Source of the DNA: Cycas panzhihuaensis | Taxonomy: Eukaryota; Plantae; Cycadophyta | Assembly: GCA_023213395.1 (NCBI GenBank) | Contig: CM041465.1 | Span: 77,321,741 to 77,385,740 of the forward strand | Direction of reading: 5' to 3' | DNA: 64,000 bases | Shown: positions 39,661-52,795 of the stretch, piece after piece | Numbering within the stretch: the first letter of the stretch is position 1 | How the letters are laid out: every line of letters begins with the position of its first letter | Position numbers and translations under genes: made by a program | Notes under the pieces: model-generated | The model's database searches: none | Told to the model about the DNA's origin: nothing | The model's input: the letters and a program-made list of their open reading frames with translations, nothing else

Positions 39661-39900
39661 GTGGCGCCATTACGCCATCGCCACCGTGAATGCATAGACA
39701 CCTATCATGCAGTCATGCTTGCTCCACTCCTGAGCCGTCCTTCGTCGTTGCGTAACTGCAGTCACCCTCTTACGCTGCTGCCGGATCAGCACGTGGCTAA
39801 TGCCATAATCACAGAACTACACGAGGAGTCATTAGGAGACGTCACCACTATGTAGTGATCTGTCATGTGGCTTGAGTCCCTTCTTCTTTTACTTTATCAT
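39661..39900 (+). promoter_or_regulatory. GC-rich island with a G-box/ABRE inside copia B
   Basis: CpG-containing island in an otherwise very AT-rich leader; CACGTGGC at 39790-39797; GTGGCG/CGCCAC hairpin. Confidence 0.35.
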
Positions 39901-40309
39901 CTTATGTAATTAATCATAAAAGACGCGGATCTCCTAGGCCTATTGTTGAGAGCGTAGAACTCAAGGATGATCTCCGATAAAACAGATTTACTGTAGTTAA
40001 TATGCCTGGGGAAGGTTTCAAAATAAAACAGGAAGAAAATAAGCTCGATGATGAAATTAGGGTAAAAGATGAATATAGTACTATAACAAAAAGAGTTGAG
40101 GGAAATTATGAATATAGGGCTTTGACAGAAAGACGCAAAATAAGAGAAGAATATAAACAAAATGAAACGAGAGGGAGAATGCCTAATCAATTGGTTTGGG
40201 TGGCGCAATATGTAAGATTTTGAGACTATTATTCAGCCTTACACTAAAACAATAGAGCTAGATGATGAGGATATCTCGTACACTACAAATAGGACTATTG
40301 TTTACATGG

Positions 40310-40657
40310 AAATGGGCAAGTATGTTGGGAGAACTATTTGGTTATGATTCTAGAGTTTTTTCAAGCCCACCAAGAGGCATGGGCAATACGATATTTGTTG
40401 GTAAGCTTCCATAGGAGGCAACTGCTGATGACCTCCACCGATATTTTAACAATTTTGGTGTTATATTAGATGTGTATGTCCTAAAGGATTCAAAGAGAAA
40501 GGGACATGGAGGCTTTAGATTTGTGATTTTTATTGAGGATGGAGTGGCAGATAGGGTTGCTCGAAGGTCACATGAAATCCTTGGGTGTACGGTTATAATA
40601 GACAGTGCTATTCCCCCAAATGATGGAGTGCATGATATTTTACATTCAATAGTTTAG
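40310..40657 (+). pseudogene. Captured host RRM RNA-binding protein fragment, antisense to copia B
   Basis: RGMGNTIFVGKLP*EATADDLHRYFNNFGVILDVYVLKDSKRKGHGGFRFVIFIEDGVADRVARRSHEILGCTVIIDSAIP (ATG 40379; TAG at 40412, probably from CAG): RNP2 and RNP1 present. Recalled resemblance to the last RRM of the plant AT4G36960-type hnRNP A/B-like family. Confidence 0.88.
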
Positions 40658-41300
40658 AGTCTGTTGATAGGTTGATGTTAAAAACATATGAATTAGGTGG
40701 ATATACTAAATGTAAGAAAAAAAATCATGGAAATAAGTGCTAATGAAAGAAGTTATTTTTTACCATATTATTGTCAATTTTTTTATATGAATTTCTTGTT
40801 TTTTTTTCTCTATTGTATTATGGAGTTTTTATTACACAAGTTTCTATGCTTCTAGTTTATTGATGTACAACGATTATGTGCTTTATACTTTCTTTTAAAA
40901 AAAAATTTATTTGCACCATTTAAATGCCTTTCTACTTGGTTTCATTTTACTTTGGGCTATAAGTACATATATGTTTAATGTAGCTTTTATCTTTTCAAGG
41001 AAGGAATGATGAGATGGCAACAATAAAGTGATTGCTTATATTTAGTGACTATTGTAATGGTAAATTCACTATGAATAAGAAATATCAAAGAGAAAGCTTG
41101 TTTCGAAAATATTCGGCCAACAACAACAAAGACAACTTGACAAAAATAAAACTTGATTCAAATGTTGACGTATGGTTGTTTTTGTGCTTTCAACCTTGTA
41201 GCAGGTTATAAAAAAGGAGATCTGGTTCATCCAATCTCACCACCACACAGGCTCTTAGGGTTTATATGCAAATGGAGTAAATGTAAAATATAGCAGAAAA

Positions 41301-41307
<7 letters not shown>

Positions 41308-41341
<34 letters not shown>
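41308..41341. repeat. (TA)n microsatellite
   Basis: Seen directly. Confidence 0.95.
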
Positions 41342-41345
<4 letters not shown>

Positions 41346-41779
41346 AAAGATGAGTATTGTATTTGAAAATTTTTAAATATATTTTGAAATTTTATAATTT
41401 TAAAAAAAATAATAATAGTAAAAAATATTTAATGGAGGAATATACAATAGAGTCACAGTGAAATCAATTTCTTTTTAAAATATTAATAGAAATATATCAA
41501 ATAAATAAAATGTATGTATATTTGAATATGAAATATTTTAAATATATTGGAGTAGATATATCACAGAAATGAGAAATATATGTTTTATATTTGAAAAAAA
41601 ATATGAAGAACCTGGTAAACAACTGTAGCAAACTTGCAACAGAAAATGAACTTTTGAGGACAAGATCTTATTCAAACTTTCAAACGCATTCTCTAGTAGA
41701 TAAATCTATTGTATATGTTTCTTCAGAAAGTTGAATATGCATCAAAATTTGTAGACCTAAAAAAAGAATTTGAAACAAT

Positions 41780-42310
41780 TGTCAAATATATGATAAAATA
41801 AGTAGATATGAAAGAAAACTTAAATAAATATTATAGATCTGAAAAAAATATAGCATATCTAAAGTAAATATTACAGATTTGAAAGAATATATAGCAGATT
41901 TAAAATTTTTTTGAATATATATTGTAGATTTAAAATAAATATTGTAGATCAATAGCTAATATTGCAGATCTGAAATAAATCAACTAGAAAATTGTGAAAT
42001 ATTTAATAAAATAAGTAGATCTAAAAAATATATAGTAGATCTGAAAAGGTATATAGTAGATCTAAGAAAATATATAATAGATCTAAAGAAAATTTGAGTA
42101 AATATTATAGATCTAAAGGAAATTTGAGTAAATATTATAGATCTGAATAAAATAAACTAAAAAGTTGTCAAATATTTGATAAAATGAGCAGATTTGAAAG
42201 ATATATAGCAGATCCAAAGAATATGTAGCATATCTAAAGTAAAATATAGCAAATCTAAAATTTTTTTAAATAAATATTGCTTACAGTTGAAATCCTGTGT
42301 AGATTTGAAA
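41780..42310. repeat. Degenerate ~20-30 bp array with AGATCT/AGATTT core in the copia B leader
   Basis: Many (T/C)AGAT(C/T)T(G/A)AA units separated by ATAT-rich spacers. Confidence 0.85.
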
Positions 42311-44221
42311 AAGTATTGGATAAAAAGATCAAATATGTTTGAAAAATATTAAATATATGACAGAAATATATAAAACTTATTGATAAAATTTCTTGTACAG
42401 TGATAAAATTTGATGTTTATTATTTTTCAGCTATGCACTTGCATAAATTTGAAGAAAATTTGAAATATGTTTGTTATATCACAAGTATATCTTCAAGAAT
42501 AATCAAATCTCTAATAAAAAATATAAGAAATTACTGAAAAAATTTACAAAAAATAAATGTGACTAATATTTTGTTTGTTTGAGTAAATCGGCTGCGAATA
42601 ATAATAAATCTTTTTATTTCTTCAAACAAATTTTAACAATAGATCATAAATCCGCTCTAATACCAAATGTAGAAAATCAAATATAGGAGAACATGGCAGA
42701 ACATAAAAGAGATTATTATAAATCAATATATCATTGTTGCACAAACATGAGAGTCATTGTATGCAATCCATTTTATGAAGAGATTAGTACAAATGTCCAC
42801 AATGAAGATGGTGTCTAAAGACAGTAGAGTTGCACACCCTTTAAATTATACAGTTTAGGGGAGGAGGGAAACTCTTCAATTCTTAAAATTTAAATAACAA
42901 TAAAATAATATAAATTTAACTCAAAATAAATTGAACTTAAATTAATTAAATTTACCTTATACTTACTTACACATGTTGAGCACTCACATGTGTAAATTGA
43001 TGAAGATGAGGTGTGCACTCCTAGTTGGAAGGTGGGAGAGGGGTGATGAGCATTAATTCTAACAAGTACAGCTTTTCATTTGTGAAAATGGTAAATCTAT
43101 TTTATCATGTTAAAATCTATTTTATATATACATCTAAAAGAATCAAAAACTTGTTTGAGCTTGTTTGTCTCTATTTTGAATCTATTTGATTCTATTTTAG
43201 ATTTATTTTTAACCATTGATTTTTTTTTCTACTATTACATTCATAGTCATCTGGTTGGCTCTCCATTTTACATAATTATCTATTTATATTGGCCCTTTAT
43301 TGAGTGAGCATAAGAAATTTTCTATTCCATTTATATGAGACTAAATAAGTGTTAAAAAGTCTGTTGTTTATTTTTATAAATCGTCTTTTCTATCGACTAT
43401 TCGTGGTCATGTGATTGTCCGCAACGTTATGGAGTCTAGTGACCCTACTCCTAGTCATATTATAAAGAGTTAAATCATTTATCCACCTTTGTTTTTGTGC
43501 CCTATGCTTATACATCCCTATGTGAAGACTACTATTGATCTTTGATAGCAGATTTCTGGTACCTATAGTGTTACATATGATCGCCTACTAATTCCAAGGG
43601 GGCTTCATAAAATCTAAACAAAATTCTAATTTAATTAAATCAACAAAAAACTTTCTAAAAAAAATAATATATTAAGATTAAAAAATGAAAAAAGGGGTCA
43701 GTCTTAAAATTTTATTTTTTGATCATTTTTGGAGGTATATTTATAGTTTTGATCATAATTTTATAATTAAGAATTTGATCTATGAATTGTTTGAATTGTT
43801 GGAATCATTACTCAGAGCCAGTCATTTTGATGTATAACATGCTGTACTTTGAAGTTATTTTTATTATAAAATTTTAATTTAAATTTGATACTTTATTTTG
43901 GAGTTCTGCGAGTTGATCAATAAAGTAATTCTTTTTACAAATATTTCATGATCATCTTAATGTATATAAAGATTAATGTTTAAGTTTTGGCCTTAAGAGA
44001 GGTTTATTTTAAACTTAAGTGGTGGTTTAATTAAGTTTATTAATAAAGTTTTTAAAGGAGATAAAAGATGGTCCCAATTGAAGGGAAATGTGGTGAATAT
44101 TTTAGTTTGAGTGATAAATATGCTTGATTGTGTTTGTTCTTAGTGCTTCTAATTATGTTCATGACTAATTTACATTTGTGATGGTTGATTTGCAAGTCTT
44201 AGATGTTGATTTACTTTTACA

Positions 44222-45050
44222 ATGGCTTCTTCCTCATCATTTTTTTTACTCCAAATCTATTGGTGATTTCTAAATTTTATGGAAGAAATTATTTTATGTA
44301 GTCAAGAAAAATTAAATCTACTTTGAAAGTTAGAGAATTATGAAAGATTATTTCTAAATGATTTATAGTTCCTATTCCTATTTCTCTTGTAATTTAGTTA
44401 ACTCTTGATGAAGAGAGTTAAAATTAAACTTGAGAGGAAAGATATTAAAACACTTTATTTCATGTTTTTACTATTGATGATGTAATTTTTTCTTGTATTT
44501 TTAATCTTGTAACTTAAGATTCATGTCAAAATTTAAAGAATAACATTGGGATATAATAAAAAAAAATTTAGGATATATCAAAGGAATACGGATTATAATA
44601 TATATTTTTTGATGAATTTGGATTAATTGATTATTTAAATGCATATTGAGTATATGTATTTAACATTGATTTAGCATCAATATCTTGGAACATAAAGATA
44701 TAATTAACTATTTTTTAATCTATAGTGAACGTTGAGTACAAAGCAGTTGAAGTAGAGAAGTAATATGGATCAAAATTTTTTTGGAAGATCTATATCAATT
44801 TTAATATAAATTGATAATTATCTTTTATGATAATCGAAGTACAAAATAAATTATCAAGAATCTATTTATGCATAATAAAATAAAGTATATTAAAATTAAA
44901 TATCATTACATGAGGAAATTAATTTAACATCACCAAATTGAATTTCAGTATTACAAGATAGAAGATTATGTTTTAGACATTCTCACCAAAGAATTGTCAA
45001 ATGTCATGCATTTTTAACGTAAAGAAAATCTTAGTATATAGTTAAATATG
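44222..45050 (+). pseudogene. Copia A coding remnant: Gag N-terminus joined directly to the RT end and RNase H
   Basis: KFYGRNYFM*SRKIK...DDVIFSCI, then HWDIIKK..GYIKG; YDNRST; KYIKIKYHYMR; DILTK. Confidence 0.75.
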
Positions 45051-48000
45051 TATTATGGGGGAGTATTCAAATATAATCTATATGTATCTCTTGAAATGTA
45101 ATTAACTAAGTTAAAGTTTATGTTTAGGTGATCAATATAAAGGTTAAATATTATTAGATGCAAGTGAGGCAAATGGTCTTATATATGTTCACAACATGAT
45201 TATATAAAGATGTAATAGGTGAGATGTATTACAAATGAAGATTGAAGATTATAATGGAAATATTATAATGATGTTTTATTATTTATGGGTAAATATATCT
45301 TGTGGTTAATTCATGCGCTACAATTAATACACATCTTCTAAGAGCCATCTTTCTTTGGAGTTAAGAGTATAGAGTTGTATATGGGCTTATACTTTCTCTT
45401 ACCATAACTTTCTTTATTAATTCACTAATATGCCAATTTAATTATTCATTTTTTTAGGGATCAATTTGTATATGACTTGATTTGGTAACACAAATTTTAG
45501 AATCAAGTTAATCTGATATTAATATCTTTATTTAATGGTAAACACTCTAACAACTCTTTAGGCATGATATCCTTATACTCTTAGAGTAACATGATGTTGG
45601 TATATCATTATTTTTTATTTTATTTATTATTAATACATAATAAGTTCCTATCTTCCTTATTTCCCTTAGGTTTTTTTTTGTAGTTAATATGGTCTTTACT
45701 TGCCTTTCTTCTTTAGCATCCATTAGGAGAACATCATATCATATCATCATGATATGTATGCATAATAGTAAATTTTATTAAACACATTTGATATATTGCC
45801 ACCTCACTCCCTTTCTTTACCCAAAATATTTTATAGAGGGTAAGATTCCTTTTATACTATAATTTTTATTTTTTTACCATCTTATTGGATGCCATATTTT
45901 CACTTCTACTATCAATATAAGTCTTACAAATCTTATCTCTAGAGGTGCATCTCATCTAGAAGAGATTTTTCCATAGCCATGATTTATTATTTTTTTTTAG
46001 CTTCTATTTTTTATGCACTTGACTTTATTTCAGAGTAATATAAATTCTTCTTAATATCAGTTTCTTCTTAATGTTTATAATAATATTTATAAGTTATTTA
46101 TCAACTTGGGCCAAGTTCACTCTTGGTCATTCCCCTTAGTTTCCTAGTTGATTATAGTGATAAGGATATTTATAGGCCTTATAACCTTCTTCATTACATC
46201 TCAAATAGACAATAGACCTCCTTGATATATTGTTCTCTATCAAAGCTCCTACCTCTTCAGGCTCCTTGGAAACCTTAGCCCCTTGGATGGTTTTAGAAAC
46301 CCCTCTACTTTTGTCTCCCTTGCATCATAGTTTATCTTTTTATTTAATTAGAGGATTCTCCATAGGAGTAGTTTAAGCCACCTATGCCTCTAAATGATGT
46401 TGATGAAACTTTATTTATTATAAATAATTTTCAAGTAGGGTTTTTACTTTAGTTTTCTTTAGTTTTTAATGTAAACTAGTAAGTATCTTTAATACTATTA
46501 ATTTTGAGTATGCTAAGTTTAATTTAGATAGAAAATTTTAGGCTATTTACATATCTAACAATTATTTTTTCTTTTATTTTTTCATGTTCCACCCTAATAG
46601 ATAATTTATAAAATTCATTTGTATAGTCTTAGATACTCATCTCTCGTTGCTTTAAGTTTTAAAATTCTTTTAACAAGGCTTGTGAATAATCCACTAGAAG
46701 GAATTTCTCCTTGAATCTTTTACCATCTTACTCTAAGTTTAAATCTCATCCTTTATTTTTTTCACCCTCCTCATTTGTAGGTGATCCTACCATATCATTG
46801 CGTAACCTTTTAGCTTGGTATACACAAGTTTCACTTTCTTTTCATTTGTAATTTTCTTTCATTCAAAGAATTATTTTATATTGTTTAACCTATTAACTAA
46901 AGTGAACACTTTTTTTTATCCCTTGAGGAATCTTAAAACATTTAAGAAAAAGTCTACTAAAAATTTATTAATGATAATAAAAGTACAAAAATAGTAAATA
47001 TACCAATCAAAATAGACAATAAATGCAATATGTAGGGCTAGCCAATACTACTCATAACATACTCAATTCACCCAATATCGTTTTTGAGATGGCCAACCCT
47101 CTTTGAGGCAAGGTTACCTCTAGAAATTGTAACCCAAATGGGTGAGTTAATTATAGCAATAAAAGCCAAGTTTATGCTCAAAGAACACAACCATATAATA
47201 ATATAGAATGGGGACTCCAACCCTTGTATATAGAGACATTTAATCTTCAAAAGGAAGTTAGTCAGGAAAGAGAATTCACTGAGACTGAACTTAATATGAA
47301 GTTGGCTAGAAGACAAGCCATGATTAGGCCAAGTAGGAGAGAAATTAGGAATGTAACAAGTCCCTCCCTACTAAAAATGATTTAACCTCAAGGCATGGGT
47401 AGATTTGGATGTTGTTACATCCATTCTTCTGATTCCTATGTAGCATCATCTAAATCTAAAGTCTTTCACTTAATGAGGTATTCTTTGACCTTCTTGGATC
47501 ATAATTCTTTTGTTCTTATTTGTAAAATCTCCTATGGTTTAAGGATAATATTTCTTTCTTTATCTAACTCAGGGACTATTGTTTAAGGGATTGTCTTTTT
47601 TCCTACCTTCCTCTTAAGGCAAGATACATGAAAAACATTATGGATCTTGCTTCCTGGTGGTAATGTTAGTTGGTAAGCTACTTTCCTAATTTTCTCAATA
47701 ATTTGATAAGGTTCGAAGAATTGTGGTGCTGATTTTTATCTATTTGTTTGTTTCATTGCTGGTTTCTTATAAGGTTGGAGTCTTAGAAAGACTCGGTCTC
47801 TAACTATGAAACTCCTTTTAGATATTTTGGCATTAGCTTACTATTTTATTCTATTCTATGTTGTATTTAAATTGTCTTTTAAAATCCTTATTGTTTACTC
47901 CATCTGTTCTTGTTATTCATGTCCTACTTGTATCTGCGATACTTTAATCCATGAGGGTATAAATGCTGGATCATACCCATATAATGCTTGGAAAGGTGAT

Positions 48001-48499
48001 ATTTTTATTGCTAAGTGGTACCATTCAATCAAATGGAGCCATCGATGCCATTAAGCTTACTTATTAGAAGAAAAGTTTCTTAAATATACTTTTAGGAACT
48101 TGTTGACTTCTTTTGTCTATCCATCTGATTGTGGGTGGTAGGCCATACTCATTGATAGATTTAGAGGAGAAGAGCAGGATATCAGATTGCACACATCTTG
48201 TATTAACTAGTGATTTTCAAAGTTGGCAGTGTTGAAAAATACCAGGGAGGTATTCCCACCCTTTAAATAGAATTTTAGGGAGATAGCAAGTGCCATCACC
48301 CGATCTGCATGTTAGTCGATAAATATTCAAACAATATTAAAAAAAAAATAATAATAAATAATGCACATATTTTAATAATGTTGCATAAGCTCTAGGTGGC
48401 TATTGGGAGGCTTTAGGTACCCTGGGGGGCCTCAAAGGTGGCTTTGAGGGGTCCTAGGTGTATGATTCTTCAGTAGCATTGGGGTTAGTCCCAACATTC

Positions 48500-51400
48500 T
48501 CCCCCACAAGTCCAATGTGGGTGACTCTTAAATTTTCTCTGAACTTTTGGAATTTGATCTTTCTTAAAGCCTTTGTAAAAATATCCGTTGTCTAATCTCC
48601 AGTGCTGTAATACGCTAGTTCGATCTCATCTATTTGTACAAGTTCTCAAATAAAGTGGGGTTGAGTCTCAATATGTTTGTTCTGTCATAAAATAATAGAT
48701 TTTTAGTCATTTGGATAGTCCTTTGATTGTCATACCAAATTCTAGTGAGACCTTGTTGTTTAATTTAAAAATCTTGTAAAAGTCTTCTTAGCCATATTGA
48801 TTCACAAGATCTTGCAACTGTTGCTTTATACTCTGCCTCGGTTGTGGATAAGGAGATGGTATTTTATTTCTTTATATTCTAAGCTATTATTGTTAATCCC
48901 ATACTAAACACATAACCTGTTGTAGACTTTCTATCATCAATATCACCTATCTAATCTGAATTTGTATAGTCAATCAACTAAAATTTGGAGGTAGCTTTGT
49001 AATATAATCCAAAGTCTGGAGTCTCTTTAAGGTATATAAGGATTATTTTGGCAGCTTGTTAATGGGAGGTCTTTGGATCCTGTATGAATTTTAACATAAC
49101 ACTGACTGAGTGTGTTACATCTGGTTGAGTAGATGTCAAATATATTAGGCTGCCAATGAGTTGTCTATAAATAGTTGGATTAATCGAAGTCCAATAATTC
49201 ATCTTAGATAATTTGATTCTAGTTTATGATGGGATTACCAATGGTTTGTAATCTGTCATTCTGAGCCTTTTTAGTAGATCCAATATATATTTGCATTGAG
49301 AGATGAAGATTCTCTGTTTGTCCTATTAGACTTCCAATCTTAGGAAGTAATGCATAAGGCCTAAGTCTGTCATCTCGAATTCCTTACACATAGCATATTT
49401 AAATTAATGTAAAAGATGGGAGTCATTTTCGGTATAGACTATGTCATCCACATAAAGACCTATAATCAAGATTGAACTTCCTTTGATTTGAGTGTATAAG
49501 TTTGGATCTGTTTGAGATCTCTCAAATCCTTGATCTCTAAAATACTTATCTATGCAGGTATACCAATGCTTAGGTGTTTATTTTAGATCATATAGTACAT
49601 TTTTAAATTTATACACCTTGTTCTCTTTCTCCCTAATTTTAAAACTAAGGGGTTGAGTGACATAGATGTCTTCTTTGATATATCTATTTAGGAAAGAACT
49701 TTTCACATCCATTTGATAAAATTTTCAACCCATATGGGTAGTTAAATTCATCATCATTTGAATAGATTCCATCTTAGTAATGGGGGTAAATGTTTCTATA
49801 TAGTCTATGCCTTCTCTTTGAGCATATCCTTTTGCGATCAATCTAACTTTATATTTATCAATGAACTATCTAAGTGGAATTTGGTATTTGATATATCCAT
49901 TTAAGAAAGCACTTTTCACATCTATTTGATAAACTTTTTAACCTATTTGAGCAACTAAATTCATCATCATTTGAACAGATTCCATCTTAGGTTTCAATAG
50001 TTTTTTTCTTTGGTGGTAAGTCAATGAGTCTTTATGTATCATTCTTAATAATGGATTTATATTCCTCTTCCATGACTTTCTGTCAATATTCGTGTTGATT
50101 AGCCTTAACAAATGTTTGAGGCTCATAAATTTCAAGTACCTTGTTCATTAAGGCAAAGTTGACCCTATGTGAGCATGAGGATCTTCTATTGTTATCAAAG
50201 ATATCTCCTAAGTCATGGTTGTAATGAATCCATTTAGGTAACTATTATGGTAGAAGTTGAGATGAAGTTCCTTCCCTAGTTGGTTCTTAGATACTTCTCC
50301 ACATAGGAGGCACATATTTGGACTTACATGATGTGTCAAATTTAATGGTAATTTCCTTCTTCTTTTCGTGATTATCTTGGTAGTAGGTGTCTTCCTGAAA
50401 TTTGACATCTCTACTCACCATAACTTTTCTTGATTTTGGATCATAGCCCTTGTAGGATTTAGAAGATTTACTATATCCAATAAAGATACATTTAACACTA
50501 TGGTCATTCAATTTGGTTCTTCTTTGATCAATAATATGGGTTTATGTTAGAAATTCAAATACCCTGAGATGATGTATATTTGGTTTATAACCACTCCATG
50601 CTTCTTGTAGAGTTTTCCACCTGAGTGCTTTGGCGTAACATCTATTGAGTAAGTAGATGGTTGTATGAACAACTTCAGTCCAAAATTCATGGCCTAAGTT
50701 CTTATCCTTAAGTATATATCTTGTCATTTTAATAATAGTTCAATTCTTTCTTTCCACTATACCATTTTATTGTAGGGTGTAGGGGGTGGTGAATTATCTC
50801 CCAATTCTATGGTGGATACAATAGTCCTTGAAAGTATTAGATATAAATTCTTCCCTATTATCTGTTATTAGAGATAGGATGTGATATCCACTTTATCGCT
50901 TTACAAAGGTTTTAAAGTAAAAAAAGTGGTCGAAAGCATCTGATTTATATCTTAGAAAGAAAATCCATGTCTTTCTTATGAAGTCATCAATGAATATAAA
51001 AAAATATTTTGCACCTACTAAGGAGGGAGTAGCCATAGGTCCACAGATGTTTATGTATACTAATTAAAGAAGGGAAGATGTTCGATGGCTATAATCTAGA
51101 AAGTTTTCTTTATGGTGTTTATCAAGAAGGCATCCCTCACACAGGTTTTTATTGATATCAATGTGTGGTAAACCCTTAATCATGTTCAACCTTTTCATGA
51201 GAGCTAAGCTATTGTAGTTAAGATGACCAAAACTTCTATGCCATAAATCACTATCCATGGTAGTTGAAGTTTTGAGGACATAGGTATTTAAAGGAGTGAA
51301 GATGAGCTTAAATAAATGATCTTTAGTCTTTTTTTTTTTGAAATAATAGCTTTATTTTTCTTCTTATCTTTGATAATACATTTGTCATTATCAAAAATTA

Positions 51401-52795
51401 CCTTGTAATCTTGTCTCATCATCTATTTTACTGATAGCAAGTTCTTCCTTAGGGTAGGGATATATAAGACATCATCTAAGTATCTATATTCATTAATATC
51501 AGTCATCAAAGTTATGTTATCTTTTCCAACTCATTCATGGGAGGTATTGTCTCCAAACATGATGGACCTTTTTTTATTTTTATCTAAGGTCTGAAATAAA
51601 TGTTCTTTGTGGGTCATGTGGGTTGAGCAACCTGAATCGATGTATTAGCTATTATCATCTTCTTCTTTAGCAGAAAAAATAGATAGAAACAATATGTTAT
51701 TAACCTTTAATTCAGATGAATTTTGAACATGTCCTTTAGATGGTGGTCCATGTTTTAAAAAATGTTTATCTTTAGTGTAACCACTTCTATGGTAATAAGT
51801 ACAATACAATGGATCTCTTCTCCTATAACTTGGGCTTCTACTTCTTGGATTAGAATGATCAATATTGAAAGATCTTCTCCTTTCTTCATAAGATTGAGGA
51901 TGGTTGTCTCTTGGTCTATTGTCTCCATATGCTTGATTTGACCTTGAAGATTGAAATTCCCTTAGTAATTTGGACAGCAAGGATGATTCTCAAATTGTCT
52001 CTTTTGATTAGTATTTCTTGGAGGGTATTCATGTTTTTAGGATCCTCCTTGCCTCCTTTGGTGAGGGGCTTGATATTATGGAGGATCTTGTCTAGTATAC
52101 TTTTGAGGATTTTTATCTTTTCTCCTTAGAGGAGATTCCTTTTGCCTTGAGGTCTCTGTTTGGGAATTAGATTAAATGCAAGTCTTTGTAGTAAAGACAT
52201 GTTTTAAAGATTTATTTACACTTTGTTATTCTTCTATAGATATAAGCATAGCACTAAGTTGTTATATTTTAAGAGTATTTAGATCTTTTGATACACTGAT
52301 ACGAGTAGTCACCATTTTAAAATATCTTACAGTTCTTACACATCTAAAGATCTTTTTAACTACCCTTTGTTTAGTTAGGGTATCTCCAACTGATCTCATT
52401 TGGTTTACAATATCTTGGACATTGGTCATAAATTTTGTTACTAATTCATTGGGTATCATACATAAATTTTTAAACTTGTTCCTCAAGTTCTGTAATTTAA
52501 AGGAGCTTGTCCCTTCATATATTAGCTGTAAGGTATCCCAAGCTTCTTTGGACTTAACTGATTCATTAAGTCATGGGAACACATGATCTTCAAGTGCGTA
52601 GAAGATAAGGGCTAAGGTTTTATTGTCTTTTTTGATATTCTATTTGTATGTAGCCTTTTCTGCATCAGATAGATTTTGTCTTAATTCATTGCAGCATGTC
52701 TTTACAATTTCTCACATGTTGTTAGCTATGAGGGTGGGTCTCATCTTTCTATTCCAATTTAAGAAATTATTTCTATCAAATTTAGGGATAATCAT
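48500..52795 (-). pseudogene. Copia D gag-pol pseudogene
   Basis: MIIPKFDRNNFLNW; YIDSGCSTHMT; LWHRSFGHLNY; QMDVKSSFLN; YVDD; RNase H remnants; many stops. Confidence 0.92.
49674..49990. repeat. 104-bp non-tandem local duplication in the copia D RT
   Basis: 49674-49777 is repeated at 49887-49990 (offset 213), replacing ~13 bp that are present in copia C. Confidence 0.85.

Larger units (their letters stand above)
33968..43064 (-). mobile_element. Copia B: pol-less non-autonomous copia with a long cargo-bearing leader, nested in copia A
   Basis: LTRs ~33968-34357 and 42668-43064 (clearly colinear, ~85-90%); PBS TGGTATTAGAGCG on minus at 42653-42665; PPT-like tract at ~34358-34372; TSD degraded. 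Confidence 0.9.
33106..45313 (+). mobile_element. Copia A: old internally deleted Ty1/copia inserted in the CRM RT
   Basis: LTRs ~33106-33361 and ~45064-45313 (~75% identical); PBS TGGTATTAGAGC 33362-33373; PPT ATGGGGGAG before 45064; the host RT rejoins across the insertion. Confidence 0.85.
29100..47030 (-). mobile_element. Old CRM-like chromovirus (Ty3/gypsy), split by copia A inside RT and interrupted upstream of gag by the Reina-like element
   Basis: Minus strand: gag ~46950-46170 (FKEKFLLVDYSQALLKEF*NLKQ), RT split as KKDGS*KMCINCS(45314) / ATNKIIIK(33103), RH, INT (AYHPQTD ~31400), chromodomain-like YLV**KGLQYDDNT* (~30780-30735), PPT + TAATG LTR start at 30635. Distal end of the LTR is approximate. 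Confidence 0.8.

Noticed and set aside
40472-40657. RRM ORF as an intact host gene
   Set aside because: In-frame stop at 40412, degraded RNP1, other domains missing, and it lies between the LTRs of copia B.
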